The notes under the pieces were generated by a model, which was not told the origin of the DNA, made no database searches, and worked only from the letters and a program-made list of their open reading frames with translations. A stretch of 64,000 nt of DNA from Anaerolineae bacterium (GTDB lineage: Bacteria; Chloroflexota; Anaerolineae; Aggregatilineales; UBA3940), in NCBI GenBank assembly GCA_034435035.1, contig DAOTXW010000068.1, positions 25,643-89,642 of the forward strand, in the 5' to 3' direction. Positions within the stretch are counted from its first letter, which is position 1; every line of letters starts with the position of its first letter. Below are positions 1 through 9,861 of the stretch, one piece after another. The translations under genes and the position numbers were made by a program.

Positions 1-149
1 GTGATAGCGACGAGGCGCCGCAGACCCGGGCCGAGGTGGAGGCTATGCTGGATAATCTGGACAATCGGCTGGCTCGCGGCGAGATCGATCAAGCGACGTA
101 TGAGCGCCTGGTTGCAAAGTGGCAGGCTCGCTTAGATGCCATGAAGTGA
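1..149 (+). CDS. 3' end of a CDS that starts outside the window; C-terminal SHOCT-like helix
   Basis: The frame ending at TGA 147-149 reads DSDEAPQTRAEVEAMLDNLDNRLARGEIDQATYERLVAKWQARLDAMK*. The L..RLA.GEI....Y..L pattern resembles the SHOCT short C-terminal domain. A strong terminator follows directly. Not in the ORF track because it has no start in the window. Confidence 0.4.
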   Translation, partial: DSDEAPQTRAEVEAMLDNLDNRLARGEIDQATYERLVAKWQARLDAMK

Positions 150-171
150 CAGGAGTGCAAGCAACAACCAG

Positions 172-204
172 AACGGGGAGGGCCGCGGCTCTCCCCGTTT
201 TTGT
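172..204 (+). terminator. Rho-independent terminator
   Basis: 9-bp stem AACGGGGAG (172-180) / CTCCCCGTT (191-199), 10-nt GC loop, then TTTTTGTT. It lies between the partial CDS (stop at 149) and the convergent gene ending at 225. Confidence 0.65.
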
Positions 205-224
205 TCATTGGTGGGGGGGATGGA

Positions 225-2132
225 TCAGGGGGTGTTGAGATAGAGAGTTTGAAGAGTAGCGCTGTCTGCCCCGGTTGGGTAGATGGGGACGCGCTTTCCA
301 GTGACGGGATCGTAAAACCCGATGGAGATGTGGTAGCTTGTAGCAGACTGAGTGGTGGGTATTGTGAGAATAGCCACGTCGCGGAAAGGGCGTCCGGGTA
401 TCCAGGTGGTGGTAGTTAGCCGGCCATGTTGAGGTGGGTGGTCGTCCTGTGAGGCGATGGGTGTGCCGGCAACAGGCGATGGTATGAGATGAACAAAGAG
501 TGTTAGCGGCTCGCGCGTGGGCTGGATAGGGGTCCAGAAGGTCTCAAGATATATCGACATGCCGGCCTGGACGGTTGTTCCCGGTGGAGTTAGCCGATAG
601 CCTGTCAGGATAGCTACCTGCTCGAAGGTGATGTTCTGTGGGTTTGGCAGTGGCGTGGGAAGTTGATTCCAGTGGCCGTACTGTCGCAGGCGTGTTGGTC
701 CAATCCACTGGTCGGATATGATTTGCAGATGCGAGTCGAGCCAGGTGAGGACGATCTGGTCGCGGTCGTAAGCGGCGCTGTCGATCGGCAGGAACCAGAT
801 ATAAGAATGGCGCTGGGTCGCCTGCGCAAGGGTAGTGTAAGTGTCGGCGGCTGACGTATCGGCGTTCGCAGGCTGGGTGATGGTAGTAGCTGGAGCAGTG
901 TAGTAATAGTCGAAGGCGGGATCCGGGAAGTTCCGGATCACGAGATCATCCGGGGCGATTTGCTTGTTGAGTGTTTGCATGATGGCGGGCCATGGCGGCG
1001 CCTTGGCATAGGCAGGGATGTATCGGTAAGTTGCCGTGCCGAGCAGCGAGAAGGTGATGATGATGGCGAGCGCGGCGATGCTGAGCAAGCCTGTATATCG
1101 CCGCTGCTGCGAATGCTGACTCATGGGGATGCTGAGAAGCAGCATAAGTGGCAGGGAGGTGGCTGCAAGATAGCGGGGATGGAAGTAGCCCTGGTGTGTT
1201 AGAAGGGCGAGGAGACTGAGCGTAACAAGAGGGAGTGCGGCATGCAGGACGAGTATCGTAGTTGCCTGGCGGAAGCGCGGCTGAGCAGCGGCGATGCTGC
1301 CGAGGAGGATCAACAGTGTAAGTGTGGAGAGCTCTACGGCGGATAGATCAGGCCAGAGGAGCGGGCGAGTTAATGCGCTGGGCTGAGTGGCTCCAAAGAG
1401 CAGCACAGCCAGCGCGGTGGGTATGTCGGGCATGGCTCCAGTTGGCCGGTAGCCGCTGTTTCGGAGGCTGGGCTGGAAGTACCAAGGGCTCAGGATAAGG
1501 AGGATGAGAAGGTGCGCGCCGAGCCAGTGGCGCCATCGCTGTGAGGCTCCCGGGGTAAATGAGGGCATGCTGGATATGGCGGAAGCCAGCAGGACCGGGA
1601 TCTGAAGATAGAAGGTATAGGCGCTGATGGCGGCTGAAAGCGCATATCGTATCCAGCGTGAGGCACGGGGCTTGCCTGTGTTCGCTGCCAGAAGTGCGCG
1701 GAATGCAACCGCGCTGGTGGCGATCCAGAGGCTGTAGCTCCGTATATCCTGTGCGTACCAGATCTGAAAGGGGTTGATGGCGAGGAGGAGGATTGTGAGG
1801 GCTGCAGTGCGGTTATCTGCAAGAGCGCGTGCGATGCTGTAGCCTGAAGCGGTGGTGACAAGGCTGGCAAGTACTGAGAGCATGCGGGCAGCTAGAGGGG
1901 TATCACCTACAAGGCGCACCCATGTGTAAAGGCTGCCGAGGGCGAAGGGTGGTTGCGGGTCGATAAGGGCGATTGTGCCGAAGACATAGGGAAGCGACAC
2001 GCGGGTCCAATTGATGATGCTGAAGGCCTCGTCTCCGGAGAGAGATTGTGTATCTACGTGCCAGGCGCGGAGGAAGAAGGCTGCGAGCAGGAGCGCAGTG
2101 GCGGCTGGGAGGTGTTGGTATTTGCGGTTCAT
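225..2132 (-). CDS. GT-C fold glycosyltransferase (family 39 / ArnT-PMT_2-like), polytopic membrane protein with a large C-terminal extracytoplasmic domain
   Basis: 635-aa ORF. The N-terminal two thirds is a series of hydrophobic helices with ArnT/PMT-type opening motifs (LSGDEAFSI, NPFQIWYAQDIRSYSL). The start overlaps the upstream ORF stop by 4 nt. Confidence 0.6.
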   Translation of the reverse strand: MNRKYQHLPAATALLLAAFFLRAWHVDTQSLSGDEAFSIINWTRVSLPYVFGTIALIDPQPPFALGSLYTWVRLVGDTPLAARMLSVLASLVTTASGYSIARALADNRTAALTILLLAINPFQIWYAQDIRSYSLWIATSAVAFRALLAANTGKPRASRWIRYALSAAISAYTFYLQIPVLLASAISSMPSFTPGASQRWRHWLGAHLLILLILSPWYFQPSLRNSGYRPTGAMPDIPTALAVLLFGATQPSALTRPLLWPDLSAVELSTLTLLILLGSIAAAQPRFRQATTILVLHAALPLVTLSLLALLTHQGYFHPRYLAATSLPLMLLLSIPMSQHSQQRRYTGLLSIAALAIIITFSLLGTATYRYIPAYAKAPPWPAIMQTLNKQIAPDDLVIRNFPDPAFDYYYTAPATTITQPANADTSAADTYTTLAQATQRHSYIWFLPIDSAAYDRDQIVLTWLDSHLQIISDQWIGPTRLRQYGHWNQLPTPLPNPQNITFEQVAILTGYRLTPPGTTVQAGMSIYLETFWTPIQPTREPLTLFVHLIPSPVAGTPIASQDDHPPQHGRLTTTTWIPGRPFRDVAILTIPTTQSATSYHISIGFYDPVTGKRVPIYPTGADSATLQTLYLNTP

Positions 2133-2839
2133 TGTGCGGGGGGCTGACCAATAATAACGCTGAGGATAGCATCGACTGGTAGCGATGGTGCGGTGCCCGG
2201 TTGTGTGCGCACCTGGCTTTTTAGCGATGGAGAGCGTTTATCAGCATATACGATGGGGACAGGACCGGGCGTGGAGATCGTGAGAACGGCTTCAGGATGG
2301 GTAAAAACTACGAGGGGCTGGATGGACAGCTCCGCGGCGGGGATTCCCTGTGTGGTGAGCCAGTCTGCCAGTCTGCTTGCTGCTGCTAGCGCGTCCAGTA
2401 CCGGTGTGCCAATGGTGTCCTGAGCGAGGAAGCGGCGGAGGCGGCGGAAGAAGGGTTCGTGAGTGATGATGCGAGTATTTTCGACCGTGGCGTGGATGGG
2501 CTGGTTGCGGGTGATGATGGCGTAGAGGGTTGTTTGTGTCAGGAGAATGTAGGGTATGGGCTTGTAGTAGTTGAGCAAGGTTGTTGTCTTGGGCAGACCT
2601 TTGAGGCTTGCTGCAAGGGCAAGGTGTCCCTGTGGCGAACGCGTCCAGCGATTTGTGATTCGCAACCCGATGGTCGCAAAAAGAGTGCCAATGAGCAGCA
2701 GCGGCACAGAGGACGCACCGAGCTGAGGCATGAAGCTGGTGATGGTAGCAGTGACCAGCATAAGCAGCCCGGCGACGCTGGTTGTGGTTGCAAGGAAGCG
2801 ATACTGCTGGAGTTTGCGGATGTTTGTATAGATTCGCAT
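2129..2839 (-). CDS. Hypothetical membrane protein; C-terminal region weakly NERD-like with the acidic/Lys signature not conserved
   Basis: 236-aa ORF with two N-terminal hydrophobic helices. The C-terminal segment PYILLTQTTLYAIITRN...LVVFTHPEAVL follows the NERD beta-strand pattern but lacks the D/E/K residues. Tightly packed between the recombinase and the GT-C gene. Confidence 0.45.
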   Translation of the reverse strand: MRIYTNIRKLQQYRFLATTTSVAGLLMLVTATITSFMPQLGASSVPLLLIGTLFATIGLRITNRWTRSPQGHLALAASLKGLPKTTTLLNYYKPIPYILLTQTTLYAIITRNQPIHATVENTRIITHEPFFRRLRRFLAQDTIGTPVLDALAAASRLADWLTTQGIPAAELSIQPLVVFTHPEAVLTISTPGPVPIVYADKRSPSLKSQVRTQPGTAPSLPVDAILSVIIGQPPAQ

Positions 2840-2854
2840 ACGATGTTGTCAGGG

Positions 2855-3871
2855 CTAGGTGTGATCAGGGCGGATAGAGTCGGCAGGCTTGGCGCGCTGG
2901 TAGCGGCGGGTGGTTCCGGGGTCGGCATGCCGCGCCATGAGTTGTGCTTCGTGAAGATTCGGTGTGGCCGCGAGCGCATGGTAGATGAAGTAGGCGCGGA
3001 GTGCGGTGGCAGTGATCGACTGGCCGGCGCGGTGGAGATCAGCGCGTGTGGCGGGTGGGAGGGCGCGGCTTGTCCAGTCGTCCAGGATGTTGGTAATGGT
3101 CCAGCGGCTGATGGGCAAAGAGCGTTTACCGGCACGTTTGTCGTGGCGCGCAAAGAGGGGCGGGTTTGGGGTTGCGAGGGATGGTGGTGGAAGGGTGGTG
3201 GCGCGGGTCCGTCCCTGGAGATACTGCTGAAGCGCAGCAGTGACTCTTGTAGTGAGCGGGAGACCGAACTGCCCAGTGATGACGTGAAGTGTTTGGGCTG
3301 CCGGGTTGAATGCTGCGACGCGGAGCGTACAGACTTCGGCAACACGGAGTCCGCAGTCTGCTAGAAGCAGTATGAGCGCCCGGTCGCGAAGGTCACGCAG
3401 ATAACTGCGGTCTGCCAGGTGAGTGGGTATGGGTGGGTTGTAGGCCTCAACATATATGAGGAGCTCGGCAGTGGCTGCGAAAGGCGGAAGCGCCGGGTTA
3501 TGGGGCTTTGGCCTGCGGGCATTAGTGATCACTGCCGCGAGGTGGATAGGGTCAAAACCGAGGGGATGAGTTTCGGCAACGGCTAGCAGGAACTGCAGGA
3601 TGGCACGGGTATATAGATGCTCGGTTTCCGATGCGCGGGTTGCCTGAAGTTCGTGCTGGAAGCTTTTCAGATGATCCTCTGTGAGTGCGGCGATGGTTGC
3701 GCGGCCGAAGAAGAGTGCGTGCGCAGTAGCACAGTGATGGGCAAATGCACGGTAAGCCTGCATGTGAGCAGCAGCAGTGGCTGGTGCCTGGATCGATGCC
3801 TGCTGCTGGTGGTATCGGAAGTAGAGTTCGTTGATGGTAGCCATTAGCGTCGGACCGAGTTCCGGTATCAC
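2855..3871 (-). CDS. Tyrosine recombinase (phage-integrase/Xer family), atypical catalytic boxes
   Basis: 338 aa. N-terminal SAM-like core-binding region. GLRVAEVCTLRV is the Arg-I box, TATALRAYF is the Arg-II box with His replaced by Ala, and ARHADPGTTRRY gives His plus the Tyr nucleophile. Confidence 0.7.
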   Translation of the reverse strand: MIPELGPTLMATINELYFRYHQQQASIQAPATAAAHMQAYRAFAHHCATAHALFFGRATIAALTEDHLKSFQHELQATRASETEHLYTRAILQFLLAVAETHPLGFDPIHLAAVITNARRPKPHNPALPPFAATAELLIYVEAYNPPIPTHLADRSYLRDLRDRALILLLADCGLRVAEVCTLRVAAFNPAAQTLHVITGQFGLPLTTRVTAALQQYLQGRTRATTLPPPSLATPNPPLFARHDKRAGKRSLPISRWTITNILDDWTSRALPPATRADLHRAGQSITATALRAYFIYHALAATPNLHEAQLMARHADPGTTRRYQRAKPADSIRPDHT

Positions 3872-3940
3872 TGCGAATATTGTAGTGAGATGGTAGTAAC
3901 GGTGGCAAATTGGCTGGAGAGGCTCGCTGGGAGCGGGAAT

Positions 3941-4091
3941 GTTTTCGTGTAGCCTACTGACGGATTGTTAAAGATTCGCCCGGCATCCGCCATCGTAACA
4001 TCTCTCTTGTTCGCTATACGAAGTAAATTGTCTCGGAAATGACTTGGAGGACCCGGACGCTTTGCTACGCAGTCTATGTCTACACGAAGAA
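3941..4091. repeat. Three copies of the CTAYACGAA motif in the AT-rich spacer upstream of the recombinase
   Basis: 3941-3952 is gttttcgtgtag (reverse complement CTACACGAAAAC). 4014-4025 is CTATACGAAGTA. 4080-4091 is CTACACGAAGAA. One copy is inverted relative to the other two. Confidence 0.45.
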
Positions 4092-4096
4092 CCACT

Positions 4097-5437
4097 CTAG
4101 CCGGTGTGCTTGTACTGCTCAAATAGATGATAGTCCTTGGCTTCCAGCCACCCGGCCAGGGTCGTTCCGCTGCTGGCAGGCTCTTCGCTTTCCACCCTGG
4201 CTGCTTTACGGAAGAGTGCAATCAGATCGCCTCGTGAATACGGCAGATGCACAGTCACAAACCTGCGTTGCGCAGACAACAGGGCTCTGACACGGCTGCG
4301 AAGCTCATCCATGCCTTCACCGGTCAACGCAGATACGGCCACTGAATCGATGCCTGAAGCCTGGAGTTGCTCTAACGCTGTGTATTCAGATTCCTGTCGA
4401 GCCCGATCAATTTTATTCAGCACCATAAGCATGGGCACAGCCCCAACCTGAAGTTCCTCGCGCAGAGTGCGTTCTACAACCGCGATCTGGTCCATGACAT
4501 TCGGATGCGTTACATCGACCACATGTAGCAAGAGGTCTGCCTCGCTCAGCTCCTCCAGCGTTGCGCGGAACGCGGCGACCAGCGCATGGGGCAGCTTCTG
4601 AATAAATCCGACGGTATCGGTAAGCAGGACATCCCCCCCTACCCCGAGATCGATCCGTCGCGTCGTTGGATCCAGTGTCGCAAACAGCTGATCGGCCACC
4701 CATACATCTGCAGATGCCAGTTGATTCAGCAGAGTTGACTTGCCAGCATTAGTATAGCCCACCAATGAGGCGATCCGGAGTCCTTCTTTGCGCCGCCGCG
4801 CCCGGTGCCGCTCTCTATGGGCACGGACCTTTTCTAACTCATGCCGCAGCTGACGGATGATACGCCGTATTTCACGACGGTCGGTCTCAAGCTGAGTCTC
4901 GCCAGGCCCGCGCAGGCCCACACCTGCAACGCCGCCACGGGCGGAGCCACCTCCAGCCTGACGGGCGAGGTGTGTCCACTGTCGTGTCAGCCGGGGCAGC
5001 CGATATTCGTACTGAGCCAGCGTGACCTGAAGAGAACCTTCACGCGTCCGTGCATGCTGGGCAAAGATATCCAGGATCAAAGCAGTTCGATCGAGCACGC
5101 GCACTTGCTCACCCAACGCACGTTCAAGCTCCCGTTGGTGCCTCGGAGAAAGCTCGTCATCGAACAATACGACCCCTGCGTCAAGCTCCTCTACCCACCG
5201 ACATACTTCCTCGACCTTACCCGGGCCAATGAAGGTGGCCGGATCGGGATGCCTGAGCCTCTGGTAGACCTGACCCACAACCTCGAGGCCGGCAGTATCG
5301 GCCAGCAGCCCGAGCTCCTCAAGCGAGGCTTCAATATCCAGCACACCCCTTTGGGCAGGCAGGTCTATCCCCACCAGGAAGGCCCGTCTGGCCGTTGCAG
5401 TGTCAGGGGAAAATTGATTGTGCGTCACCGGCCACAC
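4097..5437 (-). CDS. hflX: GTPase HflX
   Basis: 446 aa. HflX N-domain followed by a G domain with GYTNAGKSTLLN (G1), DTVGF (G3) and NKID (G4). Confidence 0.9.
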   Translation of the reverse strand: MWPVTHNQFSPDTATARRAFLVGIDLPAQRGVLDIEASLEELGLLADTAGLEVVGQVYQRLRHPDPATFIGPGKVEEVCRWVEELDAGVVLFDDELSPRHQRELERALGEQVRVLDRTALILDIFAQHARTREGSLQVTLAQYEYRLPRLTRQWTHLARQAGGGSARGGVAGVGLRGPGETQLETDRREIRRIIRQLRHELEKVRAHRERHRARRRKEGLRIASLVGYTNAGKSTLLNQLASADVWVADQLFATLDPTTRRIDLGVGGDVLLTDTVGFIQKLPHALVAAFRATLEELSEADLLLHVVDVTHPNVMDQIAVVERTLREELQVGAVPMLMVLNKIDRARQESEYTALEQLQASGIDSVAVSALTGEGMDELRSRVRALLSAQRRFVTVHLPYSRGDLIALFRKAARVESEEPASSGTTLAGWLEAKDYHLFEQYKHTG

Positions 5438-5486
5438 CCCTTAATGACTACACGAAGCTCTGTACCCGTGTATACGACTGTGCCAC

Positions 5487-6857
5487 TCATTTTCCCTTAG
5501 CCTGTTCAGCCTGCTTCGCACCACCAGGTTGGGCGCCGGAGGTACCCTGCATCTGAAGGAATGCCTCCAGCGACTCAAGCGCCCTTGCACAATACTGTTG
5601 CGCTCGCTGCTTTTTGCCAGGCACCGCCGGCTCTAATTCAGGCAGGAGCCCAAAGTTGGCCTTCATGGGCTGAAAGTGGCGAGCGTCCGCATGGCACACA
5701 TAGCGAATCAGCGCACCCAGCATCGTCTCTGCAGGAAGCTGCCAGGGCATCTGGCCCCGCAGGATACGAGCCGCATTGATCCCTGCCAGCAGCCCGGTGC
5801 CTGCGTTGCCCACGTATCCCTCCACGCCGGTGATCTGCCCTGCGAAGAATAGGTCCCCGCGCCAGCGGTATTGCAGAGTCGTGGTGAGCACCTGCGGCGC
5901 ATTGAGGAACGTGTTGCGATGCATCTGGCCGAAACGCACAAACTCAGCCGCCTGTAAGCCCGGAATCAGCCTGAACACACGTTTCTGCTCCGGCCATTTC
6001 AAATTTGTCTGGAAGCCAACCAGGTTAAAAAGCGCTCCCGCAGCATCATCCTGTCTGAGCTGCACAACCGCATAGGGGCGGCGTCCGGTTCGAGGGTCGA
6101 TGAGGCCCGCCGGGCGCAATGGCCCAAACGCAAGAGTATCGCGCCCGCGTGAAGCCAGAATCTCAACAGGCAGGCATCCCTCAAAGAAGTGGGGATCTTC
6201 CGCTTCGAATGAGCGAAGCTCTATTCGTTCCGCTGCAAGAAGTGCGTCAACAAAGGCCTCATACTCAGTTCTATCCAGCGGGCAGTTAAGGTAATCACCG
6301 CTGGCATCTGCGCCTCGCCCATAACGGGAGGCACGGAATGCGATGCTCATGTCAATCGACTCGGCAGCGACGATGGGAGCCAGCGCGTCATAGAAGTAGA
6401 GATAATCCAGGCCGACCAGTGCCGCGATCGCCTGTGCAAGAGCGGGTGATGTGAGTGGGCCCGTCGCGACAATGACAGGCCCATCCGGTATCGAGGTCGC
6501 CTCGTCGCGTCGGACCGTAATCTTTGGATGTGCCATCAACCGGCTGGTGACCAGCTCAGAGAACGCTTCGCGCCCTACTGCAAGCGCACCTCCGCCCGGC
6601 ACACGGGCCTCGTCTGCGCATTGAAGTATCAGGGAGTCCAGACGTCTGAGTTCGGCCTTGAGAAGCCCTCCTGCCCTGTCAGGTAAATCAGATCCCAGAG
6701 AATTGCTGCACACCAGTTCGGCGAACCTGTCCGTTACATGGGCCGGTGTCTGGCGCCCGGGGCGCATCTCCCAGAGAGTGACGTCGATCCCTCGCTCAGC
6801 AGCCTGCCAGGCGGCCTCACTGCCTGCCAACCCGGCTCCGATGACATTCAGATGCAT
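5487..6857 (-). CDS. trmFO: Methylenetetrahydrofolate--tRNA-(uracil54-C5)-methyltransferase TrmFO (Gid)
   Basis: 456 aa. FAD fold [12 protein letters not shown] at the N-terminus, plus CSNSLG and [12 protein letters not shown] motifs typical of TrmFO. Confidence 0.9.
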   Translation of the reverse strand: MHLNVIGAGLAGSEAAWQAAERGIDVTLWEMRPGRQTPAHVTDRFAELVCSNSLGSDLPDRAGGLLKAELRRLDSLILQCADEARVPGGGALAVGREAFSELVTSRLMAHPKITVRRDEATSIPDGPVIVATGPLTSPALAQAIAALVGLDYLYFYDALAPIVAAESIDMSIAFRASRYGRGADASGDYLNCPLDRTEYEAFVDALLAAERIELRSFEAEDPHFFEGCLPVEILASRGRDTLAFGPLRPAGLIDPRTGRRPYAVVQLRQDDAAGALFNLVGFQTNLKWPEQKRVFRLIPGLQAAEFVRFGQMHRNTFLNAPQVLTTTLQYRWRGDLFFAGQITGVEGYVGNAGTGLLAGINAARILRGQMPWQLPAETMLGALIRYVCHADARHFQPMKANFGLLPELEPAVPGKKQRAQQYCARALESLEAFLQMQGTSGAQPGGAKQAEQAKGK

Positions 6858-6912
6858 GAACCACGGCGCCTTTCGAGCATCCCGCAGCGGTATACCGCCG
6901 TAACGACGCCCA

Positions 6913-9666
6913 TTAGAACAACATGGCAGGAGGCGCGGCTTCGGGCGATTCCGGCTCGTCCTGCGCCCGGGCTGGCGACGACCGGCTGATCAGAAGCGCG
7001 CGCACAACGATCTCGCCCGGCCCCAGGGCAATGACGGACGAACCGACAGTGTTCCGACCCGTTTCAGGAGCAAATCCCAGCCGCATAGCCTTCGGTTTGC
7101 GCCGCGAAGTGATCACAACGAGGGTGTCGTCGCTCGTGCCCAGCAGGCTTGCCGCCAGCTTGGCCTCCCTGTCAGGAAGCTTCATCGCGATGACACCCTG
7201 ACCGTAGCGCCCCTGCACTGGATACTCCTCAATCGGGCTTGATTTGGCGAACCCGTTAGCCGTCACCGTCCAGACAGACATGCCCGGGCGGACGATCATG
7301 GCACCAACCACCCGATCCTCGCTGCTGCCGAGCTTGATCCCGTTCACCCCTGCTGCCGGCAAGCCCATCGGGCGCACCTCTTCCTCGCGAAAACGGATGC
7401 CTTTGCCCTCGGCGCTAATCATCACCAGCTCATCATCGCCGCCGGTCCACATCGCCCAGCCGAGTTCATCGTCAACCAACCCGATCACCCGGAAAGGCTT
7501 TGCGCTCAGCCCGGGAACATCTTCAAGCGCCACCCGTTTGACCATACCCTTCACCGTCGCCAGTGTCAGGAATCCCTCCTGCTGCGCGGGGGCGCGCGCC
7601 AGCAACGCCGCGATCTGCTGCTCTGAGCCCAGCGGCGCCAGGCTCGCGAAGTGTGGGCCACCGCCGAAGCCCTGAGCCTGCGGTATCTGGTGCATCGGGA
7701 TGGTCGCAGCATGGCCATCCCTGGTGAACAGGTACAGGATTTCGCTGGCACCGGCTAACAGCATAGCGCGTGGCGGATCCTTGATCTCCTGCGTCACCCG
7801 GGGCGGCTGGTCGTCGAATGTGCGGGAAAGCAGGCCGCTCTCGGTCAGCACCACCCAGGCCTGCTCATCAGGAACGAGCTCGGCAGCTGTCATCGCATCG
7901 CCCGGGGCGGTGTTGACGATCAGCGTGCGGCGCGGATCGGCATACACCCGTTTCACCTCCACGAGCTCATCGCTGATCACGTCGCGCATCAGCCGGGGGT
8001 CGGCCAACAGCCTCTGAAGGTAGTCAATTAGCTCCAGCTTTTCCCGATGCTCCTCCTCGATGCGCTGACGCTCAAGCGCGGCCAGCCGCCTCAAGGGCAT
8101 ATCCAGGATTGCCTGCGCCTGTTCATCGCTGAGTGCATAGCGCTCCTGCAGAGCGCCATGTGCAGCCTCGGCTGTAGCCGACTGTCGTATCAGACGGATC
8201 ACTTCATCCAGGTGATCGAGGGCAATCAGGTACCCCTCCAGAATGTGAGCACGCTCGCGGGCACGCGCCAGATCGTGTTCACTCCGACGATGTACTATGA
8301 CAAAACGATGTTCCAGGTAGACCCTCAGGGCCTGCTTCAGGGACAGCAGACGCGGTTCATTGTCTACCAGCGCCAGCATGATGATGCTGAAAGTCTGGCG
8401 CATAGGCGTCAGCTTGTATAGAAGCGACAGGACATCATACGGATCGACCGTGCGTGTGAGGTCGATCACAATCCGCATGCCCTGGCGATCGCTCTCGTCA
8501 CGCAGATCCGTCAGACCTTCAAGGCGTGCATCACGGGCCAGCTCAGCGATGCGCTCGATCAGGCTGGTTTTATTCACCTGATAAGGCAGCTCGGTTATGA
8601 TAATGCGGTTGCGGTTGCGATCTAACGCCTCAATATGCGCTTTAGCCTGAACCACAACCTTGCCACGTCCCGTCGCGTAGGCGTGAGCCAGGCTGTCAGT
8701 AAGCCGCGTGTGCATCGCCGGAACCCGATCATATAGAGTCGCCAGGACCTGATCCGGGTTAGCGCCAGGGTGAAGCTCGATGGCCAGGCCAGGCTCACCG
8801 TTTTCGTCGTGGCGCGCAATCCCGAGGATTTCTCCACCAGGCATCTCCTGAGCCGCGGCCAGTAGCTGCTTCTCGAGCACCTCACGATCGACGGTTCCTG
8901 GTAGTTCGGGCAGACGTATATGGGATCTGCCGTCCGGCTGCTCCACCACCTGAGCCATCAGCCGTGTGGGGGATCCTTCTTCGTAGCGGAACACCATCCC
9001 GCCTGTGGGAAAATCCGGGCCTTTGATGAACTGCATCAGTTCCCCGAGGCCCACACTGTCAAGGCGCTCCCAGTTGGCCAGGAGGTAAATCAGCGCGTCG
9101 CAGACCTCGCCCATATTATGAGGCGGAATGCTGGTGCTCATCCCCACCGCGATGCCAGAAGAACCGTTCACGATCAGGTTCGGCACGCTTGATGGCAGAA
9201 CTGAGGGCTCTCGCAGGCTACCGTCAAAGTTATCCGTAAACTCGACTGTGTTCTTACCTATGTCGCTCAACAGATCGAGGCCTACCCTGTCTATGCGAGC
9301 CTCGGTGTAGCGCATGGCTGCCGCTGCGTCTCCGTCTATCGAACCGAAATTTCCCTGTCCATCTACGAGCGGGTAGCGCATCGAAAAGTCCTGCGCCATG
9401 CGCACCATCGCCTCGTAGACTGCCGCGTCGCCATGCGGATGGTACTTTCCCAGTACCTCGCCCACGATCCTGGCGCTCTTGCGGTAGGGGCTTTCCGGGC
9501 GAAGGCCCATGTCGTACATGGCATAGAGAATGCGCCGGTGCACGGGCTTAAGCCCGTCTCGCGCATCCGGCAGGGCACGGCTGACGATGACGCTCATCGC
9601 ATAGTCCAGATACGCCGCGCGCATCTCCTGATCAATATCAACCTGATGCACCATACCTACTTCCAT
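6913..9666 (-). CDS. gyrA: DNA gyrase subunit A, with an internal ~95-aa insertion
   Basis: 917 aa. Contains [14 protein letters not shown], the catalytic [10 protein letters not shown], and C-terminal beta-pinwheel repeats. SD AGGTGA sits 7 nt upstream of ATG 9666. Confidence 0.95.
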   Translation of the reverse strand: MEVGMVHQVDIDQEMRAAYLDYAMSVIVSRALPDARDGLKPVHRRILYAMYDMGLRPESPYRKSARIVGEVLGKYHPHGDAAVYEAMVRMAQDFSMRYPLVDGQGNFGSIDGDAAAAMRYTEARIDRVGLDLLSDIGKNTVEFTDNFDGSLREPSVLPSSVPNLIVNGSSGIAVGMSTSIPPHNMGEVCDALIYLLANWERLDSVGLGELMQFIKGPDFPTGGMVFRYEEGSPTRLMAQVVEQPDGRSHIRLPELPGTVDREVLEKQLLAAAQEMPGGEILGIARHDENGEPGLAIELHPGANPDQVLATLYDRVPAMHTRLTDSLAHAYATGRGKVVVQAKAHIEALDRNRNRIIITELPYQVNKTSLIERIAELARDARLEGLTDLRDESDRQGMRIVIDLTRTVDPYDVLSLLYKLTPMRQTFSIIMLALVDNEPRLLSLKQALRVYLEHRFVIVHRRSEHDLARARERAHILEGYLIALDHLDEVIRLIRQSATAEAAHGALQERYALSDEQAQAILDMPLRRLAALERQRIEEEHREKLELIDYLQRLLADPRLMRDVISDELVEVKRVYADPRRTLIVNTAPGDAMTAAELVPDEQAWVVLTESGLLSRTFDDQPPRVTQEIKDPPRAMLLAGASEILYLFTRDGHAATIPMHQIPQAQGFGGGPHFASLAPLGSEQQIAALLARAPAQQEGFLTLATVKGMVKRVALEDVPGLSAKPFRVIGLVDDELGWAMWTGGDDELVMISAEGKGIRFREEEVRPMGLPAAGVNGIKLGSSEDRVVGAMIVRPGMSVWTVTANGFAKSSPIEEYPVQGRYGQGVIAMKLPDREAKLAASLLGTSDDTLVVITSRRKPKAMRLGFAPETGRNTVGSSVIALGPGEIVVRALLISRSSPARAQDEPESPEAAPPAMLF

Positions 9667-9785
9667 GAGTCAATCACCTGTCATTTGCGCAGAGGACACC
9701 CGGGCCGAAGTCCCTGCGATAATAGGGGCAAAGAGACAGCCTGTCAATGGTCGATCCCGGATGCTCATATGTTCTATTGTGCCTG

Positions 9786-9814
9786 ATTGTAGACTGCCTG
9801 GCGACGGCTCGCAA
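9786..9814 (-). promoter_or_regulatory. Candidate sigma-70-type promoter for gyrA
   Basis: On the minus strand, TTGCGA (9809-9814) - 17 nt - TACAAT (9786-9791). This would give a ~110-nt leader. Confidence 0.3.
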
Positions 9815-9827
9815 ACACCCGAAAGCG

Positions 9828-9855
9828 TTGACGCACTGCACCAAGCTGTTACAAT
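9828..9855 (+). promoter_or_regulatory. Candidate promoter with extended -10, positioned for a leaderless transcript of the LysM-glycosidase gene
   Basis: TTGACG (9828-9833) - 16 nt - TGtTACAAT (9847-9855). The ATG at 9862 begins 7 nt after the -10 hexamer and has no SD. Confidence 0.4.
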
Positions 9856-9861
9856 CTGAGC

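Noticed and set aside
2459-3364. 301-aa plus-strand ORF and 268-aa minus-strand ORF (2539-3345) overlapping the recombinase and membrane-protein genes
   Set aside because: They are out of frame or antisense to ORFs with clear family signatures. Their composition is low-complexity and Gly/Arg/Pro/Ser-rich.
4014-4026. loxP-like sequence TATACGAAGTAAA
   Set aside because: It matches only one lox arm, and imperfectly. There is no inverted partner at 8-bp spacing, so it is not a lox site. It is treated as one copy of the local CTAYACGAA repeat.
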